Source: a phage
DNA: 64,000 nt
Sequence record: OZ335961.1
Strand: one strand, 5' to 3'
Position 1 is the stretch's first letter. The number at the start of each line of letters is the position of its first letter. The translations under genes and the position numbers were made by a program. A model generated the notes under the pieces. It ran no database searches. It was given only the letters and a program-made list of their open reading frames with translations, and was not told the origin of the DNA. Shown piece by piece: positions 49,678 to 59,794 of this stretch.

Positions 49678-51491
49678 TGGTGTTTAACCCTATGCATGAT
49701 TTCTTTATTTTTGCCGAGATTAAATCCGCGTTCGTTCGGATTTCCCAAATAACCACAAGTTCTTCTTATTGTGTTCATCTTTTTAGGATCAGTTTCTCCA
49801 CAAATAGAACAAACAAATCCGTTTTCAGTAGGAGTCATTTCATGTGTACTTCCGCATGTAAAACATTTATCTACTGGCATATTAACACCAAAATAATCTA
49901 AATGTTGTGCAGCATAATCCCATACAGCCTCAAGACCTTTTAAGTTATTTTTCATATCAGGAAGTTCAACATAAGAAATGTGACCACCTGTCGCAATGAA
50001 ATGATATGGTGCTTCTCGAGAAATCTTTTCAAACGGAGTAATATTTTCTTCTACTGAAACGTGGAAACTGTTAGTGTACCAGCCTTTATCAGTAACATCC
50101 TTTACACTTCCATATTTTTCAGTATCAAGTTTACAGAAGCGATAGCACAGGTTTTCAGCAGGTGTAGAATACAAACTAAAAGCAAAACCGGTTCTTTCAG
50201 TCCACTGTTTAAGACGAGCATTCATTTTAGTCAAAATTTCCTGTCCAATATCACGACCGACAAGAATATTCAATTCGTGAATACCAATGTATCCTAGGGA
50301 CACTGAACTTCTACCGTTTTTAAATAACTCAATTATGTCGTCATCAGGTTTAAGACGAACCCCGAATGCACCTTCTTGGTAAAGAATAGGAGCAACAGTC
50401 GCTTTAACTCCTTTTAAGGAACTAATTCTACACATCAAAGCTTCAAAACACAAATCCATTCGTTCATTGAACAATTCGGCAAATTTCTGTTCATTGAATT
50501 GTGTTCCAATATAAGAATCTAACGCAATGCGAGGAAGATTTAGTGTTACAACGCCAAGATTATTACGTCCATCAAGAATTTCATTACCAGTCGAATCTTT
50601 CCATACACTTAAGAAACTACGGCAACCCATTGGAGAAACAGGAATAGATGAACCGGTGATAGCTTTATTGTTCTTAGCTGAAATAATATCAGGATACATT
50701 CTTTTGCTTGCACACTCTAGAGCAAGCTGCTTAATATCATAGTTCGGATCGTCTTTATAAAGATTGACACCCTCTTCAACGAACATAACAAGTTTAGGGA
50801 AAATAGGAGTTATCCCATCACGACCAAGGCCTTTAATACGATTTTTCAGAATTGCTTTCTGAATCATTCGTTCGGTCCAGTCAGTTCCCGTACCAAACGT
50901 AATTGTTACAAAAGGCGTTTGTCCGTTTGAACTAAAGAGAGTATTTACTTCGTATTCATAAGCTTGGAATGCATCGTATACGTCTTTTTCTGTTTTAGAT
51001 TGGGCGTAATTCAACGCATCAGCGATTTGCCATTTTTCTGCATCCTCAATATGTTTTGCATAGGTGCGTTTAACATAAGGAGAAAGTACTTTATCTACAT
51101 TCGCAAAAGTCGTTCCGCCATATTGATGAGAAGCAACCTGTGCAGTAATTTGTGCCATAATTGCAGTAGCAACGCCGATTGATTTAGGAGTTTCAATCTG
51201 TGCATTACCGAGCTTAAATCCGTTTTCAAGCATTCCTTTTAAATCTACTAAACAGCAATTAGTAAATGGAAGAGCAGGGGAATAATCAATATCATGGAAA
51301 TGGATAATTCCGCTTTCATGCGCTTTCATAATAAAAGACGGGACCATATTTTTGGCAATGTGTTTAGACACAATACCAGCCATAAGGTCCCGTTGAGTTG
51401 GAAAAACACGAGAATCTTTATTAGCATTCTCGTTCAAAAGGTCTTTATTAGTTTTATGAATCAATCCTTCAATTTCTTTTTCAATTGTCAT
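49674..51491 (-). CDS. nrdD: anaerobic ribonucleoside-triphosphate reductase, uninterrupted
   Basis: 605 aa, glycyl-radical C-terminus RTCGY. Confidence 0.93.
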   Translation of the reverse strand: MTIEKEIEGLIHKTNKDLLNENANKDSRVFPTQRDLMAGIVSKHIAKNMVPSFIMKAHESGIIHFHDIDYSPALPFTNCCLVDLKGMLENGFKLGNAQIETPKSIGVATAIMAQITAQVASHQYGGTTFANVDKVLSPYVKRTYAKHIEDAEKWQIADALNYAQSKTEKDVYDAFQAYEYEVNTLFSSNGQTPFVTITFGTGTDWTERMIQKAILKNRIKGLGRDGITPIFPKLVMFVEEGVNLYKDDPNYDIKQLALECASKRMYPDIISAKNNKAITGSSIPVSPMGCRSFLSVWKDSTGNEILDGRNNLGVVTLNLPRIALDSYIGTQFNEQKFAELFNERMDLCFEALMCRISSLKGVKATVAPILYQEGAFGVRLKPDDDIIELFKNGRSSVSLGYIGIHELNILVGRDIGQEILTKMNARLKQWTERTGFAFSLYSTPAENLCYRFCKLDTEKYGSVKDVTDKGWYTNSFHVSVEENITPFEKISREAPYHFIATGGHISYVELPDMKNNLKGLEAVWDYAAQHLDYFGVNMPVDKCFTCGSTHEMTPTENGFVCSICGETDPKKMNTIRRTCGYLGNPNERGFNLGKNKEIMHRVKHQ

Positions 51492-51961
51492 TTTAAACTC
51501 TTTCTAAGCTGCTTCTTAAATGAAGCTATTAATTGTGTTTTAGTGTCAGATTCATTATATTCAAATCCTCTTTGAAGCATCTCAGCCATCATTTCCTCTT
51601 TTCCTAAACGAGAAAATTCCTTTGATTTATCTCCAACGAAGTTAGGGTGAATATTATTTTGGGTGTAATCGGATTTTAAATAAGTAAGTAAATTTTCTAA
51701 CCATTCAAGATAATCAACACCTTGTCCCTTTAAGCCAGAACGATTGAATTTATGCTTCATTTGACCTTCTGCAGCATTACAGAGATTACAGAGCAATCCA
51801 CGTACCTTTCCTGCTTTTGGTCCATTTAATTCATGGTCATGGTCAAGGTGATTAGCTTGAACATCAGGATTTAGTTCTCGTTGGCAAATTAAGCATTTAC
51901 CGTTTTGTGCATCATAAAATTTCTGTTTTTCTTCTTTGTATAATTTGCCAGTCAATAACAT
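51488..51961 (-). CDS. 49: endonuclease VII (Holliday junction resolvase)
   Basis: 157 aa; HLDHDHELNG...CNLCN; recognised. Confidence 0.9.
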   Translation of the reverse strand: MLLTGKLYKEEKQKFYDAQNGKCLICQRELNPDVQANHLDHDHELNGPKAGKVRGLLCNLCNAAEGQMKHKFNRSGLKGQGVDYLEWLENLLTYLKSDYTQNNIHPNFVGDKSKEFSRLGKEEMMAEMLQRGFEYNESDTKTQLIASFKKQLRKSLK

Positions 51962-52003
51962 AATAAAACCCTTACCTTGAATAGATAAGGGTATTTATTA
52001 TTT

Positions 52004-52180
52004 TCAAGTATTGTAAAACATTCGATGCAATCGCTTATATTGTCGAATCATCTTTTTAGTAGGACGAGAATAAGTTCCTATACAAGTGGTCATATTAGGG
52101 TCAGTAGGACTTCCTTTAATAAAAAGTTTCCAAACCTTACCACCATTTAACTTTTCAGTATAAATTAATTCGGTTTTCAT
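52004..52180 (-). CDS. small hypothetical protein (58 aa)
   Basis: hand-read, TAATG overlap with upstream gene. Confidence 0.35.
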   Translation of the reverse strand: MKTELIYTEKLNGGKVWKLFIKGSPTDPNMTTCIGTYSRPTKKMIRQYKRLHRMFYNT

Positions 52181-52644
52181 TAAAACGCTCGGTCAGAAAA
52201 AGAAATTTGAGTTTCAAGCCATTCAATATATTCTGCCGCAGCTTGCATCAAATTTCCTTCATAACCATCGTTATTTTCTTGTGCAGCTAATTTAGCTAAT
52301 GCATATGAAATACGTTCACCTTGAAAAGCGGCTTTAGGTTTATGAATAGCTTGATCAATTCGTTCTACAACTTCTTCAATTTCGCCATTTTCTGCGGATT
52401 CAGTATTCCACAAGCACCAATACGTAATTGGCTTATCATAGATGTTAACAATCTTTCCATCAGAAAGTTCAATTTCAATAATTCCAGTATCAGGTTCTAT
52501 ATCATCTTCGCATTCTTTTGCAAGTTCACGAACTTTAAAGACAGTACCTGCACTAAGTTCCGGCCAGTAATTACACAGCCCTTTATCAGCACGATTAATT
52601 CTAAACCACTTATCTACTGCAATCATATCCCATCTCCATATCAA
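52180..52644 (-). CDS. hypothetical protein (154 aa)
   Basis: ORF. Confidence 0.55.
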   Translation of the reverse strand: MIWRWDMIAVDKWFRINRADKGLCNYWPELSAGTVFKVRELAKECEDDIEPDTGIIEIELSDGKIVNIYDKPITYWCLWNTESAENGEIEEVVERIDQAIHKPKAAFQGERISYALAKLAAQENNDGYEGNLMQAAAEYIEWLETQISFSDRAF

Positions 52645-52749
52645 TTAAGTCATTTATCGTTGGTTCATTATATACTGTTTCTTCATCAGTGTAAACCGGT
52701 TCTTCCGGCTCTGGCTCTACTGTTTCCCATCTAGCCGCCCACCAAGGTT

Positions 52750-53070
52750 TTATAGCGTAATCCATTCTCGTATTGTCTGAGTTACTACACGTTCACGGGG
52801 CTCAACTAGTTCAACAGTCGGAACTGCATAATACCAGTCAGAATGGTAAGAACCTGAGCGAGATTCATTTACAGACACATGAACGTTATGTTTTGGACTA
52901 AAATAAACGCACTGCCGATATTGGCATTTGCCATCTTGTACCCAATCTTCTATTTCGATAGGTTTAAGATAATCCGAAAAATCGAAATCATAATTTTCTG
53001 AAAATGCATCATGGTCTTCGATGATTTCACTCAGAACTGCATCAACATCTAATTTATTTTCAATAGTCAT
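52750..53070 (-). CDS. hypothetical protein (106 aa)
   Basis: ORF. Confidence 0.5.
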   Translation of the reverse strand: MTIENKLDVDAVLSEIIEDHDAFSENYDFDFSDYLKPIEIEDWVQDGKCQYRQCVYFSPKHNVHVSVNESRSGSYHSDWYYAVPTVELVEPRERVVTQTIREWITL

Positions 53071-53375
53071 TTGTCACACCACCAATTCGATACTTCAAAA
53101 TCAGGTTCACCGTTTTCCCAATACCAAGGACCTACCGGATGCCAATCACCATGCTCATCTTCTTCAAATTCTTCAGATTCAAGCCCAACATATTGCCATT
53201 GGACTTCATAAGCGGTATCACCGATTACAACCGTGTTCTCACCATACGGATTAGCCACAACAAAGTCAATACCTTCTGCTTTAGCCAACCAAACCATGTA
53301 TTCATAGAGTTTATATTCTAGGTCGTCTTCGGTGCCATCACCTAGAAAAATGGTTTGTTCGTTTAACCCAATCAT
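53067..53375 (-). CDS. hypothetical protein (102 aa)
   Basis: ORF. Confidence 0.5.
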   Translation of the reverse strand: MIGLNEQTIFLGDGTEDDLEYKLYEYMVWLAKAEGIDFVVANPYGENTVVIGDTAYEVQWQYVGLESEEFEEDEHGDWHPVGPWYWENGEPDFEVSNWWCDK

Positions 53376-53560
53376 AATTCCACCATAAATTCAAATAACT
53401 GGTCGCGTACACAAGTATCAGTCCAACCCCATTCGTTGGCTTCTTCTTTTAACCAATCCGGGAGATTTGCTAATACGGTTTCTTTACTAGGGGCAGGAGT
53501 ATCAAACTCTCTCGCCAACTCTCTTGCGCAGGTTTTATAGGCCATATCAAATTCAGTCAT
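53372..53560 (-). CDS. hypothetical protein (62 aa)
   Basis: ORF. Confidence 0.45.
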   Translation of the reverse strand: MTEFDMAYKTCARELAREFDTPAPSKETVLANLPDWLKEEANEWGWTDTCVRDQLFEFMVEL

Positions 53561-53820
53561 TTGAAATATGCTCGCAGTTCGTCAAAGCCGCCAATAGAAG
53601 TTCCATCAGGAGCAAATACCTGAGGCATGGTCAAACCAATTTGAGTATCACGACCTAGTTTCGTCAGAAGCTCAGCGATTTTCTCATCATCAAAAACACC
53701 TTTTTCCGGCATAATGTTGATAAATTCAAACGGCTGTTTCTTCACAGTCAAAAGACGTTTTGCATTATCGCAATATACACATTTATGGATGTTGCTATCA
53801 TAACCATATACTTTAAACAT
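53557..53820 (-). CDS. nrdC: thioredoxin
   Basis: 87 aa, CVYC active site; recognised. Confidence 0.88.
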   Translation of the reverse strand: MFKVYGYDSNIHKCVYCDNAKRLLTVKKQPFEFINIMPEKGVFDDEKIAELLTKLGRDTQIGLTMPQVFAPDGTSIGGFDELRAYFK

Positions 53821-53821
53821 A

Positions 53822-54079
53822 TTATTCCTTAATTCCTAGTACTTGTTTAAAAGTCTCGTCGTAATCAAGACTTTGGCCCGTTTGTTCTTTATGTTTGTAT
53901 ATAATATCACTTACTTCTGATAGCATATTTTTATATGAACGAGTTAAAGCAGATTTAAGCACGCTGTATCTATCAGGAAATTTACCATGTTCATTATAAT
54001 ACGCTATTGCTAATTCACGGACTGCCTTTTCAGCAATCTCCATATATTCTTTACGCTTGGTCATTTTCTTCTCGGTCAA
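53822..54079 (-). CDS. hypothetical protein (85 aa)
   Basis: ORF. Confidence 0.5.
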   Translation of the reverse strand: MTEKKMTKRKEYMEIAEKAVRELAIAYYNEHGKFPDRYSVLKSALTRSYKNMLSEVSDIIYKHKEQTGQSLDYDETFKQVLGIKE

Positions 54080-54368
54080 ATCGGTGTTTGCAATGACGAC
54101 ATTTATAACGAAGATTACTAGTCTGCCAATGGACTAATTGAACCTGTTCAGTACCGCATTCAGGACAATTAGGAACGTTTTTAGAAGCCCTTTCGCGACG
54201 TTCAACCATAGCCATAATGGCATCCCAAGCTGGAGGTTTAAAGTCTAAATCATCACAATCATGAATCTTTCCACGCATTTCCAGATCGTCTTCTTCACCA
54301 TCCATAATAATTTTAATTAGACTGGAATTACTTGAAGCTGCGATATCTTCTAATAGACGCTTTTTCAT
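54051..54368 (-). CDS. hypothetical zinc-ribbon protein (105 aa)
   Basis: CPECG...CRHCKH. Confidence 0.5.
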   Translation of the reverse strand: MKKRLLEDIAASSNSSLIKIIMDGEEDDLEMRGKIHDCDDLDFKPPAWDAIMAMVERRERASKNVPNCPECGTEQVQLVHWQTSNLRYKCRHCKHRFDREENDQA

Positions 54369-55294
54369 TTTAATACCTCAATAGCATTACGTAAACCATT
54401 TGCTTTTGCATTAAGAGCTTTTAACAATTTGGTGTGTTCGTCAATCTGGGCTTCAACTTCAATTAAGCGAGCATTGAGATATTCACGTTCTTCGCTCAAG
54501 TTATCAATCTTTTCTACTTTAGGCTCTTTTACAACTGTCTTATATGTATTAGGGTTCTTCAGTTTAATTAGAATGCGTGAACTGTATAACATTGAACCAT
54601 TATCTTCGGTTTCGTCATACATTTCTACTACGTCCATGATTTTTAACATCATGCGGAGTTTATAAGACAACGAACGAATAGTTTTGTTGTGCTTATTAAT
54701 TTCTCTAGAGTTCATGGTGCCGAGATTACGTGAGTAATAATAAGGAACCTGGATATTAATTAACACTGATGAACCACCTGGCTTATGTGTTACTTCATCA
54801 GCAATAACCCAGTCCTTAACATGAACTGTATTTGTACGGTCATCACCAGCGGTAAATAGTTTGCGAGCATGCTTAAAAAGCATATTCACTTGGGTATTGA
54901 ATTGACAAGCAAATTTATCAGCAAATTTAGTTTCAGGAATGGTAGATAACCAATCAGCCAAATGGGTCTTTTTAACATCGTTAACAATAGTAAATTCAAC
55001 CAAATCGGTTATAGATGTCGTAGATTTAATGAAGCTCGGCTTCATAAAGTTTTTAATGTTATCGCGAGCTACAGTAGAAGATAACATACGAGAACGTTTA
55101 AACCATTCAAGCAAATTGCCTAACGAATGAGAATAAGCGTTTTGAGTATCTTTACAGATATGATTTTCCTGACCAACATATTGAAGGAAATCACGAAGAA
55201 TATTATTGATTACTGCTCTGTGTCCGATCTGATAATTACGGTGTTTAGTAATAAGACTATCAAAATAATCAATATAATGTTTACGAGTTTTCAT
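54365..55294 (-). CDS. coiled-coil protein, paralogue family member A (309 aa)
   Basis: shares A(S/R)(K/R)L motif and C-terminal coiled coil with next three ORFs. Confidence 0.55.
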   Translation of the reverse strand: MKTRKHYIDYFDSLITKHRNYQIGHRAVINNILRDFLQYVGQENHICKDTQNAYSHSLGNLLEWFKRSRMLSSTVARDNIKNFMKPSFIKSTTSITDLVEFTIVNDVKKTHLADWLSTIPETKFADKFACQFNTQVNMLFKHARKLFTAGDDRTNTVHVKDWVIADEVTHKPGGSSVLINIQVPYYYSRNLGTMNSREINKHNKTIRSLSYKLRMMLKIMDVVEMYDETEDNGSMLYSSRILIKLKNPNTYKTVVKEPKVEKIDNLSEEREYLNARLIEVEAQIDEHTKLLKALNAKANGLRNAIEVLK

Positions 55295-55346
55295 GTTCTT
55301 CTCACTTGGTTAATGATTTATACTCCGAGCCATCCTTGGCTTTAAA

Positions 55347-56348
55347 TTACTTAATTAACTGTAAAGCTTGTTCCAAACGGTCAAGACGATTAACAGATTC
55401 TTCCCAAATCCTTTTAGCCTGCTCATAATCTTTCTGCGCTTTATTAGAAATTTCTAGAGCTTCTTTATAAGCTTTTTCTAATGCAATAACTTCTGGACGA
55501 ATTTCTACCGGTTCAGGTGAATCATCAAGACATTCCATTAGTTCCTCAAGGGTAGTTTCTTCTTTAGGAGTATTCACAATTTCATCACATTTTTGTTGGT
55601 AAATTTCTTTATCAGTCGGTGAGTACGCACACTTTACTTCACGGAGACTAACTACAATTTTATATCCTTCCCAACCGCATATATTCTTAAAAGGATAAGT
55701 ATAAATATTTTCTACTGTTTCCATACAAAGTAATGCGGTCTCTAACTGACGAGTTATATCGCTAGCAATTGAGAAAAATTTATTAATGTTCTTTTGATTA
55801 GCTTCTGGTGTAAAAAATTCATAATTCACAAAAATAGCTGCTTTATTTTTATCAAGCTCATATTCTTTTATGATAATCATATCAGAAGCCCAAGGATGAA
55901 TTTGACGATAATCACCATAGCATAATTTAGAAGCTGATTTTAGAAGTTGCTTCTTGAAAAGTCTGAAATTACTAATCCAACGACGAGTAAAAATATTCTC
56001 AGGGTCTTCTTTATTATTAAGATGATAAGAATTAACATCACCGAACCAATTATATCCTACTACATCTTTAGTTCGTTTAATTTCTTTCCCAAATTTACTA
56101 AGAATATCTCTGTTGACTAAGTATGAAAGAAGACGAGAACCTTTAAAGGTTTCCTTAATATCATCTTTATATTCGCAACTAGAAATTTTATGAACTTCAT
56201 GAATAAATTTGCCGGAAGAAACAATACTTGCATCAGTATTGTTGAGCCACTGATTGATAATAGAAAGAACACTATTCTGACTAGACATAGATTTAACTTT
56301 ATCATCAATAACGCTATTGAATGATTTGATATATTCGTTACGAGTCAT
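55347..56348 (-). CDS. coiled-coil protein, paralogue family member B (333 aa)
   Basis: ATG MTRNEYIKSF after GGAG; track extension overlaps promoter. Confidence 0.55.
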   Translation of the reverse strand: MTRNEYIKSFNSVIDDKVKSMSSQNSVLSIINQWLNNTDASIVSSGKFIHEVHKISSCEYKDDIKETFKGSRLLSYLVNRDILSKFGKEIKRTKDVVGYNWFGDVNSYHLNNKEDPENIFTRRWISNFRLFKKQLLKSASKLCYGDYRQIHPWASDMIIIKEYELDKNKAAIFVNYEFFTPEANQKNINKFFSIASDITRQLETALLCMETVENIYTYPFKNICGWEGYKIVVSLREVKCAYSPTDKEIYQQKCDEIVNTPKEETTLEELMECLDDSPEPVEIRPEVIALEKAYKEALEISNKAQKDYEQAKRIWEESVNRLDRLEQALQLIK

Positions 56349-56376
56349 ATTAATCTCCTCAGTAGAAAGTAAGAAC

Positions 56377-56406
56377 ATTATACCACATCCTTGTGGCGAA
56401 GTAAAC
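56377..56406 (-). promoter_or_regulatory. T4-type early promoter
   Basis: TTTACT -17- TGGTATAAT; spacer dyad CCACAAGGATGTGG. Confidence 0.7.
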
Positions 56407-57434
56407 TAGTTTAGTGCATTTAGTGCATTGCTCAGTTTAGAACGTTGCTTCGTAAGATTTTTGACTTTTTCTTGAGCTTTTTCTAGCATCTTTTCAGCTT
56501 CTAACACTTCATTAGTTGCTTTAACGAGTTCATCATCTACTGCCTTGATAGACTTCTCAATCGCATCCGCGTGCCATTTTTCAACAGGTTTAAGACTCGG
56601 ATTTTCAACAGGAAGAAAATTCACTTTATTGAATTTCCATGCATCCTCATTACCTGAGCTATACATCCAAAATTTAGGATCGTTTGATGAGCAATTGGAT
56701 AAATTTAAGTTATAGTTATCTTGTACTTCCTGTTTTTTCTCTTGCGGGATTTCGTCCTTTCTCAAAAAATCATATTTAAATGAAACGATCATATCAAGTT
56801 CATATGTTGTTGTGTCTAATTTAAATCGCTCAAAACGGGGTAAAATCTTAGACTGAACAGCGGCAACAACATCCATATACTTAAATGCTTCTGTCAACTG
56901 CGATTTAAGGCATTCGCAAATTGAAAGAGAATTTTTTGTATTAGGTTTAAAGCTAATTCGTGCAGTTCTGTTATTTTCTTTTAATGGTCTTACTTCCATC
57001 TGAAGAGTATAACCATCAAATTTCAGGTTCTTTAAATTAATGTCAGAACCTTTTAATCGACTAGCCGTCGACAAAATTTGCTTTAATTGTTTACGGAATA
57101 GAGCAATAAATCTCCATTCAATACGATAATGATTTGGATTGAAAAATCCAGATGATAAATCGACCTTACTTTGACCAACGCCTTGAACAAATAGAGGATT
57201 TTTATAATCAATAGTTTTACAGAAATCGGTGAGCTGCTCACGAGCCGTCATTTGTGTAATATACCCCGCTTTACTAAAATTACTCACCCATTCACTGCTA
57301 TTTAGATATTTAAAGTGATGAATAGCACGATTAACTTTATCAGGGTCTAAATTATTTTCACACAAAAATGTCATAACATTACGAGTATCGCTGGCAATAC
57401 GAACCATATCTTCAATTTGAGAACGAGTTTTCAT
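56406..57434 (-). CDS. coiled-coil protein, paralogue family member C (342 aa)
   Basis: paralogue by shared motifs. Confidence 0.55.
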   Translation of the reverse strand: MKTRSQIEDMVRIASDTRNVMTFLCENNLDPDKVNRAIHHFKYLNSSEWVSNFSKAGYITQMTAREQLTDFCKTIDYKNPLFVQGVGQSKVDLSSGFFNPNHYRIEWRFIALFRKQLKQILSTASRLKGSDINLKNLKFDGYTLQMEVRPLKENNRTARISFKPNTKNSLSICECLKSQLTEAFKYMDVVAAVQSKILPRFERFKLDTTTYELDMIVSFKYDFLRKDEIPQEKKQEVQDNYNLNLSNCSSNDPKFWMYSSGNEDAWKFNKVNFLPVENPSLKPVEKWHADAIEKSIKAVDDELVKATNEVLEAEKMLEKAQEKVKNLTKQRSKLSNALNALN

Positions 57435-57442
57435 GGTGTTCC

Positions 57443-58354
57443 TTAAGATTTAAGTAAATCAACAATTTTAATTAACTTTTCACGCTCGGATTTAGCTTTA
57501 CTACTCAATCCAGATAGTCTGAAAATTTCATCATCATATTGTTGAATAGAAATATTCAGCTCTTCAATCTGTTTATTAAAATAATCAATTTGTTCAGAAT
57601 GTTTTTCGTTACTACGAACTGGTACAGGTTTCGTAGGCAATGTAGTTGAACTGGATTCATCCGGGCGGTAAATTAAAATACAACTTGAACCAATAGGGCA
57701 TTTTGCACCAGATGAATATTCTAATGTTCCAGATTCTTTTAAAACTTCAAAAGCTAAACAGAGATGATGCCCCATATTAATATAATCTGTAGAGCGAGCT
57801 CTGATGTAATAATCATCGCCACGAATACTAAATTTAAAGCATTTAAGGTCTTCTGTATTATTGGTCTTAAAAATCATTTGTTTATCTAGACCTTTAGCTA
57901 ATCGAGCGCCCAATGCTAATAATCGTCGTTGATTTTCCCACAAATCCGCAATCATTTGATCGAATGATAATTTCGGCATTAGTCGACCGTAAAGGTCATA
58001 TCCTTTATTATAATTACGAAGGATTTCACTCGCGTTAATACGAGACAATGCTCCAATTTTATTAAGGGCTTTCATAATGCGATTAGATAAACTCATTCCA
58101 GACCCGTTTGTTCGCTGCAAATGTTTTTCTAATCCAAATCCAATATCAACTTTAAACTTATCTAAAATTTCTGCATGAACATCTCTGTCAATAACATTCA
58201 AATCCAAAGTTGGGTTAAATCTATGAAAAAATTTATCTGGCTCTCCACGGCGAAATACAGTCCATTCATTCATCATTTTTTTATTAACTAAAGATTTAAT
58301 TACTGCATTGACATTATTAATTACTACTGACATATTTTCCTCACTCAATTTCAA
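57443..58354 (-). CDS. coiled-coil protein, paralogue family member D (303 aa)
   Basis: paralogue by shared motifs. Confidence 0.55.
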   Translation of the reverse strand: MKLSEENMSVVINNVNAVIKSLVNKKMMNEWTVFRRGEPDKFFHRFNPTLDLNVIDRDVHAEILDKFKVDIGFGLEKHLQRTNGSGMSLSNRIMKALNKIGALSRINASEILRNYNKGYDLYGRLMPKLSFDQMIADLWENQRRLLALGARLAKGLDKQMIFKTNNTEDLKCFKFSIRGDDYYIRARSTDYINMGHHLCLAFEVLKESGTLEYSSGAKCPIGSSCILIYRPDESSSTTLPTKPVPVRSNEKHSEQIDYFNKQIEELNISIQQYDDEIFRLSGLSSKAKSEREKLIKIVDLLKS

Positions 58355-58748
58355 TTTTACTAAATATACAGAATAAGATGGAACAGACTATATAAGCACC
58401 ACACACAGATTGAACTAATACCATTCCAAAGAACCAAACAATATTATCAAACAATGTCTGTTTTACGTCGAAAGGACGTAAACTTACAGTAATATTATCA
58501 CCTTTTTCTATTGAAGAATACATCTCTGGGGAAATATATTCACTAAATCTATAACCGTCTTTGAGTTCATATACGGCAATAAACGATAAACTAGACCCTT
58601 TTCCTTGCGTTCCTGTAATGGTATTAACTACAGTAACATCATAATCTTTATAATGCATATAATCATTAATTGCGTAATAACCATATGCAACTACTACACA
58701 TAAACAACATATCAATAAATTCAATCTTCTAATTATCAACCGTTTCAT
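58341..58748 (-). CDS. membrane protein (135 aa)
   Basis: N- and C-terminal hydrophobic helices. Confidence 0.5.
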   Translation of the reverse strand: MKRLIIRRLNLLICCLCVVVAYGYYAINDYMHYKDYDVTVVNTITGTQGKGSSLSFIAVYELKDGYRFSEYISPEMYSSIEKGDNITVSLRPFDVKQTLFDNIVWFFGMVLVQSVCGAYIVCSILFCIFSKIEIE

Positions 58749-58803
58749 AATAATCTCAATTAAAAGGGCTTAGAACCATTATACCATCCTTGGTATAAAG
58801 CGG

Positions 58804-59331
58804 TTATGCGAGTACCGTCTTTAACCGTTCTTCAAACTTCCGAAGAGTATTTTGGCGTTCAGCTCTTTGCTTTTTGTAAGTTTCAATACGCTCTGAAATG
58901 AGAGTGTATCGTTCATTTACTGATTCTTTCATAAAATCAGGAATTTCACGAGAAGCTTTAATCTCGTCAAATTTATCAATAACAGCTTGCTCTTCAGCAA
59001 TTAAGTTATCATACATTAAAATATCTTTCTTGATGAACTCAATATCTTCTTGAGTTACACGAGATAATTTAGATGCTTTATCCTTTTTGTACTGTTCATT
59101 AGTATCACGAGACCAGTGTAATGTACGATTTTTATTCGTATTTTTGTAAATTTCTACAATACCAATCTCATCAATAATAACGATCCAATTCCAACGGGAT
59201 TTGTAAATTTGTCCTCCATCAACAGTGATTTCACCTCCGATTGAGATGTCGTTAAAGAACTTGCTTTGTGCTTCAGATTTAAATTTACCATCGTTGTAAT
59301 TTACCAAGTTGAAAATATCTTTAGCGTTCAT
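58804..59331 (-). CDS. hypothetical protein (175 aa)
   Basis: ORF with GGAGG SD. Confidence 0.55.
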   Translation of the reverse strand: MNAKDIFNLVNYNDGKFKSEAQSKFFNDISIGGEITVDGGQIYKSRWNWIVIIDEIGIVEIYKNTNKNRTLHWSRDTNEQYKKDKASKLSRVTQEDIEFIKKDILMYDNLIAEEQAVIDKFDEIKASREIPDFMKESVNERYTLISERIETYKKQRAERQNTLRKFEERLKTVLA

Positions 59332-59359
59332 TTTGTGTTCCTCCGTAGTTGATAGTTGT

Positions 59360-59389
59360 ATAGTACCACAGAGGAACAGTCTTGTAAAC
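59360..59389 (-). promoter_or_regulatory. T4-type early promoter
   Basis: TTTACA -17- TGGTACTAT. Confidence 0.7.
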
Positions 59390-59391
59390 CA

Positions 59392-59706
59392 CTAAAAGAA
59401 ACTTCTTTCACAATTTTTTCCACTGAACCAAGCGCTCACTGCTTTCTTAGTCTCAGGAGCAGTGTTATCCATAAACCATTCAAAGGCAGCCTTTTTGTGA
59501 TTCTGGAGGGCTTCTCGGGCTTTAATCTGCTCACGGTCTATTAACACTAACATATGAGCCTTTCTTGTCACCATGGGCTTCTTATGATTTTTTGAATACT
59601 CCCAGTCATTTGTCCATCGCATTGTCGTTGCGAACTGAAATACAGCTTCTTTAATCTTAGTTTCGTAAATTTCACGAGCCTTTGAGTATAACATCACTAC
59701 CTCCAT
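59392..59706 (-). CDS. hypothetical protein (104 aa)
   Basis: ORF. Confidence 0.5.
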   Translation of the reverse strand: MEVVMLYSKAREIYETKIKEAVFQFATTMRWTNDWEYSKNHKKPMVTRKAHMLVLIDREQIKAREALQNHKKAAFEWFMDNTAPETKKAVSAWFSGKNCERSFF

Positions 59707-59794
59707 TCACCAGTTTAATTCTAGTCATCTTTTTAACGGCAGTCCATATAATCTATTTCTGAACTGCCTTTTGTCATAGAAGTCCTCTTATGAA

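Noticed and set aside
49674-51491. Group I intron or intein in nrdD or other core genes
   Set aside because: nrdD, gp43, gp41 and gp39 read as uninterrupted ORFs of the expected lengths; no long non-coding gap inside them.
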